Shown here: one piece after another, positions 35,235 to 52,054 of the stretch | How positions within the stretch are numbered: the stretch's first letter is position 1 | How the letters are laid out: each line of letters begins with the position of its first letter | Source: Eledone cirrhosa | Lineage: Eukaryota | Direction: 5' to 3' | DNA: 64,000 nt | Assembly (NCBI GenBank): GCA_964016885.1 | Contig: OZ024744.1 | Location: forward strand, 52,700,001-52,764,000 | Translations under genes and position numbers: made by a program | Notes under the pieces: model-generated | Told to the model about the DNA's origin: nothing | The model's input: only the letters and a program-made list of their open reading frames with translations | Databases searched by the model: none

Positions 35235-37920
35235 TAAACGTTTAAATATGTATAATAAAGCCAAAACAATGCAGGTATGGACATAGAATAAAGAATGCAA
35301 ATGCAAAAGATATTGTTGACAATTAGTCTTTTACCTTAGATTTATTTAAATGTCCTTAATTTTCGAGATAATATCTCTTCTTCAGAGGGAAATAAAGGTC
35401 TCAAACCACCGTTCTAAGTAGCTTTCCAAGTCATGCTGACAGGAAATGGTATAGAGTATCTGTTCTATCTCTAATGTCAAAGAGTTAAAATTAGGTGGAT
35501 AAAGAGTAGTCCCCCTTTTAAAAGGGGTTTGTTGTTTTTTTTTTTTGTTTTTTTTATATACATGCCTGTTTAAGTGTGTGGGAGAATGCATGAAGGTGTA
35601 AGTATGTGAGTGTGTGTGTGTGTGTGAGTGTGAGAAGATAAGTCTATTCGTAAATGTGGGGGATAGGTGTTATCTGGTGTTAGAACTGGTTTTGTGTGTG
35701 TATGTGTGAGAGAGAATAAGTGGAGGTGTAAGCGTGTGTGTGTGTGTGTGTGTGCGTGTGTGTGTGTGGGGTGTGTGTAAATATGGTGCTAGAAGCTCTA
35801 TCAGGTTATAAATTGGGTGTTGAGTTCTAGTCTATTATTGATTGGTGGTTGTGTTTTATCTATAATTAGTGCTTCCTTAATTCTAAGATTGCCGAGGTTT
35901 CTTTCCTTAGTTTCTATCCTAACTGTTATGGTTTTGTCGGTGTTTTTGCATTTAACTAGGTGTTTCTTAAATGAGGAAGCGTTAGTATTGAGGTGTTCTT
36001 TTATTCTTATGTGGAGTGGTCTGGTGGTGCTACCTACGTAGAAGTTGTTGCATTTGTCACACTCTAGTCTGTATACGACGTAAGCCTGGTGGCATAGGTC
36101 TGTGTCGTTGATGGGGCAGTTGGCTAGTCTGCAGCAGTTGTCATGTCTGGTGGAGCGTCTTTTGGTTAGCTGTCCGCGGAGAGAAGGACCTGAGTGGGCC
36201 AGTTGGATATCTAGTCCCTCTCGTCTGATAGCTCTGCGGATGGCTGTTGCTGTTTCTTCACTGAAGTGTGGGAGCTTCAGGAAGCAAGTGTTACTGCCTC
36301 GGGTGTGGTGTCCTCTGTTCTTTCTGGCACGGTTTGTGGTGGATGTCGTGTATCCGTTCAGTTTGAGTACTTCCAGGAAATGTGTGGTGTGTGTGTCTCG
36401 GTCTCTAGCGTCGGTGCATTTGTTTCGGATACGTGCCAGTTCGTTCCTTATGTATCCGAACTTGGCACCGAGTGGGAGGGCCGATCTGAAATGTACGAAC
36501 AGGTCCCTGCTGGCCGCTTTTTTATAGAAGCAGGTGTGGATGTTGCCTTCCTCTGTTACCCTGAGTTGGAAGTGCAGTAGGGATAGGGATCCGCGGTCAT
36601 CGGGGTGTTCCATGCTGAACTTTATACTGGCGTCCATGCTGGAGAATGTTGTATATATTTTATCTGCCTCCTCACGGAATGATGTAAGGATGAGTATGTC
36701 ATCTACATATCGGGTGAAGAAGGTATGGGAATGGCAGGTGTTGAGGGCTCGGCATTCTAGCTGGTTCATGTAGGTGATGGCCAGCAGGCCCGATAGGCTG
36801 GATCCCATGGGTAATCCTGTTGTCTGTCTGTATGTGTGGTGGTGGAAGGTGAAGTACGTGTTGTCTACTGTGAAGGACAAAAACTGGTGTATGTCCGTCG
36901 GGTGGAGGCCGCAGCAGTGGATGTCCTCTGCGACCACGCAGTCCGTCAATAAATCGACAGCTGGATGAGCGGGGACTGTAGTGTAGAGGGAGACAACGTC
37001 GAGGCTAAAGGCGTATCTATTTAGTTTAAGTTGTTCTGGCTGGAGTTGGTGTAGTCCACGTATGACTTCGTCGGAGCTACTGACCTGCCCGGGAAAGGTG
37101 GAGAATAGAGGCTTGAGGACCTGGGAGAGGATCCAGGAAATTTTGTATAGGGTCCTTCTATGCTAGAGACGATGGGTCTTATTTGCGTCTTAGTGCTATT
37201 CTTGTGGGTCTTGATGAGGTGGTAGAAAGTGGGCAGTCTGCTATTTCTAGTGGTGTAGTTGAGCTTAACTTTATTTGGGAGTTGTCTTCTCCTACAGATA
37301 TCGAACCGGGATCTCTCTGTATAATTCATTGTCGCTTAGGTGTTCAAAGGCCAGGTTGTTGTATGTGGCTTGAGAGATGACGCAAAACTCTTTACCTTTG
37401 TCGGATGGTAAGTATATAAGTTCCGTATTCTGTAGGTTCTTCAGGGCGAGTTGTTGTGTCCAGGAGAGGTTTGGGGCCATCTTCTTCTGTTTCCGTAAGA
37501 TGTTAAATACGGAATGTTTTAGCCTCGAGAGTTTTTCTTCAAGCTCGCGGTTGGCAGGCGGTGGACAGAGTGGGCGATCCAGTTGGTATATCGGGAATCT
37601 GGGTTTGATAGATTCCGTGGTGTTGTTGCCGAGAGCCGATATCCATTTTAGTTGGTAGGCAGCCCGACAGAAATTCGTTTCTATGTCGAGCCATAATTTG
37701 TCGTCCAGTCTCTGTTTCAGTATGAACTTGGGACCCAGGCTGAGGAGGTCTAATTCCTCTCGGGAGAGGGATCCTGTCAAGTCTGTGGCGAGGTGTTTTG
37801 CGTCAGGTGTGTTGTTGGTCGAGGCGCCGCTAGGTTCGGTGTTGGTACCGTCTTGTTCGCCTCTGTTGGTGTTTAGAGTTGGGATGTTGTTAAGACAGTT
37901 GGCAGAGGGCTCGATAGGAT
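35235..37920 (-). mobile_element. Penelope/Poseidon-type PLE, frameshifted, bounded by (TA)n
   Basis: Motifs LGPKF, PSDKGKEFCVI, LIKTHK..IRPIVS, SLDVVSLYT, GLPMGSSLSG, YVDD and VVYRLECDKCNNFYVGSTTR..RIKEH..IKEA. Confidence 0.9.
35353..35390 (-). ncRNA. Possible minimal hammerhead in the PLE 3' region
   Basis: Minus strand reads TCCCT CTGAAGA A GAGAT-ATT-ATCTC GAAAATTA AGGA. It has one extra A and a short stem I. Confidence 0.5.
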
Positions 37921-37964
37921 TATATATATAATATATATATATAAACTCGTAGAGAAAATATTTA

Positions 37965-38210
37965 TTATAAGAACAGTTTGAAGTTTAAGTAAAGAATCGC
38001 TGCTTTCCCTCTTAACGGGATCTTCTGAAACTGCAAAAAAAAAATCAAACTGTTGACGCAGAAGTAAATATTTAGAAAAACGTTGCAACCGACGGAGAAC
38101 AGGAAGACGATACTTTGGTTCGTGTGAACGTTCCCTGGCAATGAATGGAAAAAAAGCAAGGATAATTACGCTGTTATGTGGTGCGAAGAGAACCATTTCT
38201 TGAAAAGACG
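37965..38210. repeat. Unclassified ~240-bp interspersed repeat, copy 1
   Basis: Colinear with 39225-39460. Confidence 0.75.
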
Positions 38211-38334
38211 AAAACACATTTATGGTATAAAAGGAGACGTTAGACTAATATTCTATTTAGAATAACCGGATGATTCTCGGCTCTGGAGTTTAAGAATGTT
38301 TCTACTTTCGGCACAAGGTGTAAGGTTTGTACCA

Positions 38335-38825
38335 GAAAACTCTGGTACAAACACTACACGTGCGACAATTATTGACACATAGTGCTGGGCCCATGGTACC
38401 ATGTGACGACAAGTGCCGAGAGATCTCCAGATATAAAGCAATGCCTGTGCCGTGAAGCTTTTATAGTGAGCAAAGGCACTGCACAAAGCCAGTCCCACTC
38501 TCTTAACCAAGATGATATTTACCAAAAAGAAGAACAAGTCAACATCATTGGATACCATCAGAGTTGCAGGTGTTATATCAGAGTTTTCCTTCTCCTAGAA
38601 TTCTGCCTTGACAAAGGCTAAGGGGTCATCTCTCCCGGTGATTTTGGATGGCCATTGACTCTTAAGAGCTCCTTTGCCCTTTGACAGGTTTTGTTTTTAG
38701 TCCTGCAGGATGTCCAAAGTCCCCCTCCTCACCAAGAAACTTTGGTGGGGTTGCCAGTTTAGTCGCCAATGACCCAGGCTGTACTGGGATACATGTTACC
38801 AGTAGCACCAACTGGTCACCTGACA
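38335..38825 (-). mobile_element. Second copy of the internally deleted RTE derivative (3' end replaced)
   Basis: Reverse complement of 14453-14953, including the same UTR-to-zinc-finger junction. Confidence 0.85.
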
Positions 38826-38839
38826 TATATATATATATA

Positions 38840-38972
<133 letters not shown>

Positions 38973-39002
38973 ATATATATATGTATGTATATATATATAT
39001 AT

Positions 39003-39202
39003 CCCGGAAATGCCTATCCAGTAATATTGTCTACAAATGTAAGTTCGACACACCCACGTCTCGTAGAGCCTATATAGGGATAACCGCCAATAGATTCAAG
39101 CAGCGTCTTTGCATGCACACCCTTTCTTTTCTTAACCCTTTTAGAAGGAATTTGACGTCACATTCGGCCTATATCTGGAGTCTAAAAGATAACCACACCT
39201 GA
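39003..39202 (+). pseudogene. Naiad-like PLE GIY-YIG fragment
   Basis: [40 protein letters not shown]. Confidence 0.82.
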
Positions 39203-39224
39203 TATAGGTTACATATATATATAT

Positions 39225-39460
39225 ATAAAAACAGATTAAACTTTAAGCAATGAATCGCTGCTTTCCCCCTTAACGGGATCTTCTGAAACTAAAAAAATCA
39301 ATCTGTGGACGCAGAAGTAAATATTTCGAAAAAATTTTACAACCGAAAGAAAACAGGAAGACGATACTTTGGTTCGTGAAGACGTTCGCTGGCAATGAAC
39401 GGAAAAAAAGCGAGGATAATTACGCCGTTATGTGAAGCGATGGGAACCATTTCTTGCAAA
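39225..39460. repeat. Unclassified ~240-bp interspersed repeat, copy 2
   Basis: Colinear with 37965-38210. Confidence 0.75.
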
Positions 39461-39948
39461 TAACTCATCGCTTTCTTTAAAGACTTCAACCTCTCCAATC
39501 AAGTTGAGGCCACACTCTCTGTTGTAAACTTCCTCGATGTAACACTCAACTTGTCGAATGGCTTGCACTACCTGTACAGATAGCCTTCTAATCATCAAGC
39601 CTATACAACCAAGAACCTGGTAAGAAACATTTCATTGAGGCTTTTTCGTCTAGCTACAAACGAGCATATTTTCACCGATCATTCCACATATTACAATGAA
39701 GCTCTAGCTCGGAGTGGATTTGTTGATAAGGTAGAATATACTAAGTATGAGCACAAACCTAGGAAAAATAGATCCCGATGTATTATATGGTATAGCCCAC
39801 CATATAATATGGAGGTGGCCAAACCAATAGCTAAAATGTTTCTCTCTCTATTTAAGAAGCATTACCTTCAGCGCATAAACATAATAAAGTATTTAATAGA
39901 AACACTGTTAAAATATCTTACTCAACCACTCCAAACTTCGCACATAAC
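39461..39948 (+). pseudogene. Naiad-like PLE RT C-terminal fragment
   Basis: VNFLDVTLNL, YYNEALARSGF and RSRCIIWYSPPYN. Confidence 0.82.
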
Positions 39949-40083
39949 ATATATATATATATTGTGTTTAAAATTATAAATTTCATGTTTGAGATAATCT
40001 CGAATATGCGCCTTATCCCCTAAGTATTCGGTCAAAGAATAAATCTGAGTATTTAATCATTAGAAAATAGTGAATGACATATC

Positions 40084-40121
<38 letters not shown>

Positions 40122-40517
40122 GATATATACGTACAATAGAACATATCTACTTTAACAAATAATCTGTATTAAATGTAAGAACACATGGTTCATTACGGAA
40201 CGATATTAAAATTTAACAAAAAATTTAAATATAGATACCTGATAAAAACTATATATATTTCTCCTTTATACGTATCCTTCAAAAATCATGAATACTTTTC
40301 ATTAAAAATATTAGTGCAATTAGATGATCGATCTGGATCGTCAGTAAAGGAGAATCAATCCATCTGAACTCACACAGCACGAAAATTACAGAACTGAGCA
40401 CAGCAAAAGAAATAAATCTCTGTATACTATCACTGTCTAGTGATGTGAAAGGGTTTAAAGACAACCAGAAATAGCAGCCTACTCTCTTAACATAGCAGAA
40501 GCTTAACCTAGTAGGAG

Positions 40518-40563
<46 letters not shown>

Positions 40564-40768
40564 ATACATTTTCCCTGTTAAGAACCATGAAATCAAAGAA
40601 AACATAATTTAAACGAGTGTTCTATACATATTAATTGTGGCTAATTTTTCTGCATTCAATTGAAAAGGGATTATTTTCGTTGAGCTGAAACCAATTATAG
40701 TAATACATATGCGTACGTGCGTATGTATGTGTCTGTAGGGGGACAGCATGTGTATGTACAGAGTGAGT

Positions 40769-43440
<2,672 letters not shown>

Positions 43441-43769
43441 TGGTGATGATTTCTTTATATGATAATAATGCAATTGTAACAATGAATAGGAAGAAAATGC
43501 TGTGTGGTTGGAGGAATGGAGAACGAAAAGAAAACAAAAATATGGATGTTTTCCCGCCTTTTTTTCAACACGACGAAACATATTGACATCACTGTGTGTC
43601 GAACCTTCTCTGTTTTCTATTGAGTTTCAACAATTAACTAATGACAAAGTTAATGTGGGGTGTTGAACTCATGATTAAAGGTCAAACGAGTGCAACTATG
43701 ATTGCTACATTATAAGATTTTATCGTTATCGATACTTTTGTAGGTTACTAGTCTAGAGAAAGTCTGCCA

Positions 43770-43925
43770 ATAGGCAGAGTCATTAGAACTTCGGATAGAA
43801 TGCTTTGCGGTATTTGTTCTTGTTATCAGCGCTTTGAGTTCAATTCCTACCGACTTCAACTTTTAATTTTAATCATTCCCAGGTCGATAGAATAAAGTAC
43901 GAGTCCAGTATTGGTGTCGATTCTT
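43770..43925 (+). mobile_element. Diverged tRNA-derived SINE
   Basis: GAGTTCAATTCC B box and GGTCGATAGAATAAAGTAC core. Confidence 0.65.
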
Positions 43926-44809
43926 CTTCTATATCTATTTCTTACTTGTTTTCTCTCGTTTTATCTCTCTTTCTCTCATACACACAGGTACGCGCACGCA
44001 CACACGCACACACACGCACACACACACGCACATACACACGCACACGCAAGCGCGCGCACACACACACACACACACACATACATACATACACACAATCTCT
44101 CTCTCTCTGTGGAAGAAATCAGCTGTATTCAGACCTGGAGAATGATGCTCTCTGCCTGATTCAAAATGCCGCGCCACTACGACCCCATCAAGAATCACCA
44201 GCCATATAAATCTTATTAAAATACATTTAATTATTAAATTAAGTTTGATAACTTAAGTTTATACATAAAAGTACTGAGTTTGAATTCATTGTGGCATTAT
44301 GTAAAGATTCGAGGAATAGGAAATCTGATCATAAGTTCAGTTGAAACCTTATTTGAACCTAGTGTAGAAGTAAATATTAAAATATATGCTTTCATCTTTA
44401 AAGAGAAGATTAATATATTTTATTTTAATTTAATATACATATACGTATGAACCTATAACTTCTGATAGAGCCACAAGGGTGCCGTCGTAATATATGATAT
44501 ACCGTGGTCATTTAATTATATTTTGCAGAGTCCACCCCTCTCCAGATCTGTTCGAAATCGATTTCTTACACGGAAGGAGACATATAGATAGATAGATAAA
44601 TAGATAGAGAGAGAGATAGAGAGAAAGAGAGAGAAGGGGAGAGAAAGAGAGAGAGGAGAGAGAGGGGGAGAAAGAGAGGGAGAGAGAGAAAGAGATAGAT
44701 AGAGGGGGAGAGAGAAAGAGAGAGAGAGGAGAGAGAGTGGGGAGAAAGTGAGGGGGGAGAGAGAAAGAGAGAGAGGGGGGAGAGAGAGTGTGGAGAAAGA
44801 GGTATAGAA

Positions 44810-44975
44810 GAAGAATCGACCTCAGTAATGGGTGGCACTCTTTCTCTCGACATCGAACGTTTGAAAGGCAAAGGTAACCTTGGTGGGATTTGAATTCAGA
44901 GTTCAGACAACAGATAACAGAATCAAATGCCGCAGAACATTCTATCTGACGTTTTAATGATTCTGCTAACACACC
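44810..44975 (-). mobile_element. Diverged tRNA-derived SINE
   Basis: TGAAAGGCAAAGGTAACC..GGGATTTGAATTCAGA, the reverse complement of the core and B box. Confidence 0.65.
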
Positions 44976-46644
44976 GCTTTTTTTTTTTTCAAATTTAATA
45001 CAGACTTTATAATTTTTAAGCCTCCTGGGTTCTTTAGCGAGACACTAATAGAGGAATAAGATAAATATACGAAAAATGTATCGGATGTGTGTAAGACTAA
45101 GGCATATATTCCATAAGCAAAACATGCAATATTTGCAGAGGTTAACAACAATAACACTTACTTAATCAACATCATATTTAAGTTAGTTGTTGCTTCGAGA
45201 TCCAAGGTCTTTTAAAATGGCGACTGCATTAACCCGGTGAATGACGTGAAATATACGTAAAAAAGCCATTCAACCTTACAGGGCTTGTTCACCCTAACCA
45301 CAGTAAGTAGTGAGATGGGCCTGGATTCACGACGCCTGATATTTTCTGTTCTATATGTTCAGAGACAAACCTTTCGGAGAGAGATGGGTAGTTTATCACT
45401 TTGACGATCTTCGACATGTTCGGCAATAAAACTGGGGCCTGTCGTTGAATTCACCAGGTTATACTAGAGAAATGTAGAATGCCTCGCATCTGATACGAGA
45501 GCCTTATCAACTCGGAGCGATGTCCTCCGCTCGTTTGCCATCATATCTGGGCCGTTTGTCATATCGTTCAATTTCAACTGAGATGGGGATCTAGCTGCCG
45601 CTAAGCCACACTTTACGATTGATCTCATTGAGAGCGATGTGCTATAGGATGCGAGATGCACCGAGGACGCATTAGAAGCGGTATAATTCATCTAAAATAA
45701 TGTACATAAACGGTAACATATTATTAAACTCTCATAATATACGCAATAGTTCTCTCTACGTATGCCCAGAAATTTCCTTTCTAAGGCCCAAACTTCTCTC
45801 GTCGAATCACCGATATTGCTCAAGAGAAAGGTAAATATAAATAAAGCATAACACCAGTGACGTCATGGGCAAAGTGCCGAATGAGATATCACACGGCACC
45901 ATGCCCTACGTCTTAACAATCCCTACAATGCACCGCTTTAGTTTGGTACTTTTTATAATGTTCTTTAATTTTGTTTAGTCATAGAAGGCATTATCCATCA
46001 TTAATTCCAAGGGCTTCCACAACTGTGGGAGGGAAAGATGAAGAGATCCTAAGGCCAGACACCTGGTAAAAATTCTTGCAATAAGGTGAACTCTGCTAAA
46101 GAATGACAACATGTTAAGTGGTGATGTTAAACCGGGCAACGGATTATGTCTACCATCGTCGAAAAAACATAAAGATGTTTACAACACCCCCGTTTTCAAG
46201 TAGGACTCCCATCAAAGTACTAGTCAGTCTCGAAGCTACTTAACTTTGGAGTCGGGTAAGAACGGATATTTACAAGATAATATGGGGGACAATTCCTACC
46301 TGGTCTTACACTGTCCAATGCGTCATTTTGTAGTTTGAGATATCTCTGCCTACTGTTTCTAGAGGGTCCAATGTTTATACAATGAGGCTTTGATTTTGGC
46401 TGGTGCTGAGGTACTTTTTGTGGACTTCCATTCATTAAAATAGTGGAATTGTTATTCAAAAACCTTGGAGCAAAGGCAATTGCTTCCTACAACTTCCCTT
46501 TCAAATACTAGAATTTTTATATTTTGTTGTCATTATGGTTGCTGCTGTTATTACCATTATTGTTATTGCTGTTGCTGTTATAATTATTGTTATGGTTGTT
46601 ATTATTGTTGTCGTTATTGCTCTTAATATTGCTAGCATTGCTGA

Positions 46645-46865
46645 GGGCGATGGATTAGCAGAGCCGTTGGAGCATCGAAGGAAAGATTAGTAGTATTTGT
46701 TCCTGGTCTTTGGAGGTTTGTGTTCAAATCACGCCGAAGTCAGCTTCGTCTTTCATCCTTCCTGAGTTGATGAATAAGGTACCAGTGAAATACTGGAGTC
46801 TATATAATTGACTGACCTCTCTACCACAAATTGTAAGCCTTCAGCCTAATTTAGAAATAATTATT
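46645..46865 (+). mobile_element. Diverged tRNA-derived SINE
   Basis: GTTCAAATCACGCCG..TTTCATCCTT..GTACCAG..AGAAATAATTATT. Confidence 0.7.
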
Positions 46866-47089
46866 GCTGTTGTTATTCTTATTGTATTTGTTCCTGCTGT
46901 TGTTATTGTTGTTGTTGTTATTTCTGTTGTTACTATCGTTTTTGTTATTGTTGTTATATTAACTATTCTTATTACTATTGTTATTAGAGTGGGGGATCGG
47001 CAGAATTAGTAGAACGCTGGTTAAAATGTCAATAGGACATTTGATCTGACTTTCTTCTACGTTCTGAGTTCAAATCTCACTTAGACACT

Positions 47090-49990
47090 CACAGAAACAC
47101 ACTCTTACCCATAACCTAAGTAGATTCCGCAGCCACCGATATCTCCTCATCTCGAAATCCCAATTCTTGAAAGCAAAAAAGAAAGCGCACAAAAAACGTG
47201 TTGCTTCACACCAGCACACATTCTAGAAGACACGCACAACAAATACAGACACATAAAACAAAACGAAACCTTGCAACACCACAACCATCAACACAACCAC
47301 TGCTACTACTTCTAGTACCACTAACTCTACCAAAACCCCAACTATCCACAAAACAAAAATACGCAACATCAACGATCAAACCACAGAGACATCAAACGAA
47401 AGAATAATTGATCGCCCTCATAGCACGAAGTAAAAATATTGAGAGCGATGAGGAGATGTTCGGGACCAGCACATTTAAAGTACCACAAACATTAATGAGG
47501 GTGCGTATTATACAGGATACATACAAAAATATTAGGGATAGCTTCCACAGCGATTTGGTAACCTCCAATCCAAAAGCATGCTTTTAAAAGTACAGCAACC
47601 AAAAAATAAAGGTCGAATCCCCGGATCTCCAAAGCAACAGAAGTGCAAGTCTCTTTTTTCTCTCTTAACACTTTCCGGTCAACATAGCGATTTCAAGAGT
47701 AGGTTGCAGTGGCCGGGGGGGGGGGGGGGGGGGGGGGGTTTCATCCTGGCAGCAAGGTTCCTTACTGAACTACCACAATTAACTATATATGAATGTTACA
47801 GCCGTCACCGAGACCATGATTTCCGACCCAGACGTTCAAGCCTTCATTTTTATGTATGTATATTTCAGTCATCCTGGAATGGGAGACGGGGTTGCAGTGC
47901 TGTTCAGAAATGGCCTGTATTTCTAGGTACGTATAATCGTCCTGGACCTTGATGGTAAGTTGGTGGTCCTCGATGTAAGCAATTGTGAAGGTGCTACTTT
48001 TTGACTGGTAGATGACTATGCCACGACGGTATTCCTGCAGGTATCTAAAATACTTCTTTGTGACGTCTCGCTCTTTACTGTTGGTGGAGGACTGGAAAGG
48101 CATCTTAGACATACGTTAGGATTGTGAAGGAGTAACAGATAGATGAGGCGGGTGCAAGAGCCTCAAAAATGTGATTAGACAATACTAAATTTATTATAGA
48201 TACCGACTAGATCTTCCGAATACGCTAGTGTGGGCAGAGATAACCGCACAGGGTCATCTAAATCGTATTTACACGGGGTTTTCATTGGGTTAGCAGATAA
48301 AGATAGCGTATGGTTATCATAAGTACAAATAACCGCCTATTCAGACCACAAATTTGTAATCTGTATCATGGACCTAGATTGAACACATAGACGGGGAGCC
48401 AGTTACTGGAAGCTTAACACGTGTTTCCCGGCGCGTAGTCTAGAGAAATTGGATGAGCACTTCAGTTAAGAGACAATTGACAGCAACAATCGTGAATAAC
48501 AGGTAGTGGGATGTTCTAAAGAGAACGAGTAGAGTAGAATTAATAGCTTTTATTAAAGAAGTAGCTATAAAAAAATATAACAAGTTAGTAGTTAAATAAG
48601 AGAGGCGTTAAGAATTGGCACTTGACCATTTTTTCTATTCGAAATACGGGGGTTTCATAGTCAGAGCTAAAACACCTGCTTTAAGAAAGGAAGGAACGAA
48701 AGCTGTTCGATAGGATTGCAGAGGCGCAATGTAGCAACACATCCATGATTCTGTCTTTGACGGACCGTTGTTCGATTCCAAGCAGATGTGTGCAGCTTTT
48801 CACAACTGTTTGGGGAAGCGGTGGTACGGAAAAAGTGTCGAACTATCCTTCGTACCTAGGATCACGGTGGAAGATGCTGAGTGCTGCAAAAATCCGATTT
48901 AAGAGAAGCCGAGGTATGAGACTGGTTTCAATGGTCTACATTATGAATTTTACGTAGATATGACAGATTTTTCTCCAATATTCTCGAAGCTGTCTACCGC
49001 AACTGGGCACAGAGCGGTAGAATACCCAATTCTGTGAGTCGGGATGTAGTGACGCTGATGGACGAGGAAAGATGAGAGAGATAATTTCGTGCACAATCCC
49101 GACGAGGCACATTTAGAACAATCGAAAGCTTTAGATAGGATTGACCATCGTTACCTGGAGGTTGTCTTGAAGACAGTCGGTTTCGGTCCTATCTTCAGAG
49201 GCTGGATCACTGCAATACACAGTGGCATCTGCTCAGTGGTCAAAGTAAATTACCAACTATCGGAATTGTTTCACATCACGGGCTCGGTCCATGAAGGATG
49301 CCCCATCTCCTCCCGTCTGTGAGTGCTAAGTCTTGAGTTATTACTGCTGATGCTAGAGCTGTTGTAGGGCACCTGGAGATGTAAATCCGTGTCGTTTGAC
49401 AGCATTGTTGTAAAAATGGACCGGTCAAGATGCCCGGGGTTTGGTCAGTCAGGACATCCATGGGGATAGGAGTGCGACGGTGTAATGTGTAGTGTGGTTA
49501 CTCTTTCTAAAAAATGAGCCGAGGAGTGGCTATGCCTGAAAGGTCAGGTGGAGGTGGCGGAAGCGTACATCGCTTCGCCATTTATTACTACCTGACTGTC
49601 GTGCCTCACCAAAGTCCGCACCTCCCTAGATTGGGTTGCTCTTTCACTTATTGTGGTGAGGAGGTCTAGTTGTTGCCAACATTCTCTACGCTGATGGCTG
49701 GGCACGCCCTGGTTGATGATGCGCAGATATGCACCGAAGCTATGGCGTTTGCAGATATTCCTAAATGGCGAGGTCGCCATTTATGAGGCACGTCTTTCCC
49801 TAGCTGGTCTCTTTGACCGAGCTGAAGTCCCGGATCAAGAAGAAACCGAGACTGGGCGCCTGGCATCTGGAATGTCGCCATAAACGTACAGGCCTCTACC
49901 AATGTGGTCGGTGGGTTTTTGACTCTGGCTTTTTATAGATGACTATTGGTGTGCAACTGCTAGTATGTTGGGGAAACTCTGGATGCTGAC
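47090..49990 (+). pseudogene. Highly decayed L1/Tx1 copy
   Basis: Remnants of the ORF1 end, APE (GKLVVLD, SDHKF, YWKLN), RT (QSKALDRIDHRYL..GCPIS) and post-RT sequence. Confidence 0.82.
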
Positions 49991-50951
49991 TGGTAAAATA
50001 AAGTACCAGTAATGTACTGGGATAATTGTTGGCCTTGTGCCGAAAGTAGAAAGAATTATTATTTCATACATTGTAATCCGTGCTTTATACTTGATTCCTT
50101 ATTCTTCCCACATTATATCCACTAGGAATACGAAGCAATCTATTGGCGTCACTGTTTCTTGTATTTTACACCTCTCATCCCCTTAAACATACTTAATTTT
50201 GGGGTAGCTGTGGTAGTTGGGAGGAAAGGTTCGGAGTGGGTTATGGGGATCTCACAGGGAGCCAGGGGGGTTGAATGATTGAGAAAGGTTCAAAATCAGT
50301 TAAATTTTCATATATTTACACCCTTCGCAACCTCTGACTTCAGGAAACCTTATGAACAAATATTTTCTAATATGAAACGTATATAGTACAACAACAACAA
50401 CAACAACAAAACAAAACAAACAATAAAAACAACAACAACAGCAATGACAACAACAACAATAACAATAACGATAATAAAGGAATCACCGCCATTGTAGGTT
50501 TTCATCAAATTTTCTTTCCAACAACCCTTGACACCAATGACAACCACAAACGTTAACAAGAAACAACAACTCACGCACACATAAACCCATGCATATACAA
50601 ACATACAAGCACTTGCACCTATACACACGCGAAAGGGGTATTAATAAGTCTGTAAGGGGAAGGTTTAAAATTTAACCTCATCTCTCGCAGACCAACATAT
50701 ACAGTACATAACATACTATACGGAGCCAAGAGCTACGGTTGATATAATTCACACTTAATATTGAGTCACACACACACATGCACGCGCTCACCCCCACACA
50801 CACAAACATATATATATATATATATACACACACACATACACTTACAGTATATATAGTATGTATATATATATATTTATATATATACATATACATATATATA
50901 TATATATTTTATACATGCATATATATATATATGTTTTATATATATATGTTT

Positions 50952-50992
<41 letters not shown>

Positions 50993-51982
50993 ATGTGTGT
51001 ATATATATTTGATAATTATTCAGACGCACACGAAAGAAAAGCTGAGCTAACAGAATATAATGCAGACACGCACGTATCTGTTATCTGCAATAATTTCAAC
51101 ACCCACCTAACCCTTATTGCACCACCAATGTCCACCTCTTCCTGTTCCTCCTCCCCCACTCCATCTTTGGCACCGCTCCACACACACACACACACACACA
51201 TACACACACACACACGCACAAACCCACACATACACACAAACACACCCCTACACACACACACACATACACACACATACACACACGCAAACACACACATACA
51301 CACACACGCACACACACTCACACCTACACACACATGCACACACACGCAAACACACACATACACACACATGCACATACACATACACATACACACACACACT
51401 CACACACGTACACTTTCTCCCCCATTCTTGTCGACTAACCAGGAAGTGTTAGCACGTCTGCGAGACGGCATAGCATTTGATGTGAAGAATTGCGAAGTTT
51501 CCAAGAGAGCTCAAGTGACGACAACGTGGAAATGGAACACTGGCGGGAAATAAAGCTAGGAGAAGAAGAAGGAGGAGGAGGGGGGTGATGGGGACGAGGT
51601 GGGGAGAGAAGGAGAAGAATAAGAATAAGAAGACGGAGGAGGGGGATGATGAGGAAGGGGAGAAGGAGAAGGAGAAGAAGGAGGAGGAGGAGGAGGAGAA
51701 GAGGAAGGGAAGAAGACGAAGAAGAATAAGAAGGATGAGTATGAGGAAGAGGAGGAGGAGGAGGAGGAGGAGGAGGAGGGAAGAGGAGGACAAGAAGAAG
51801 AAGAAGAAGAAGAAGAAGAAGAAAAAGAAGAAAAAGAAGAAGAAGAAGAAGAAGAAGAAGAAGAAGAAGAAGAAGAAGAAGAAGAAAAAGACGGTGGTTA
51901 AGAAGAAGGAAGCGGAGTGAAGAGCTCATACATAAAAAGCAAATGCTTGAGTCAGTCAAATACAGAGTGAGACACACACACG

Positions 51983-52054
<72 letters not shown>

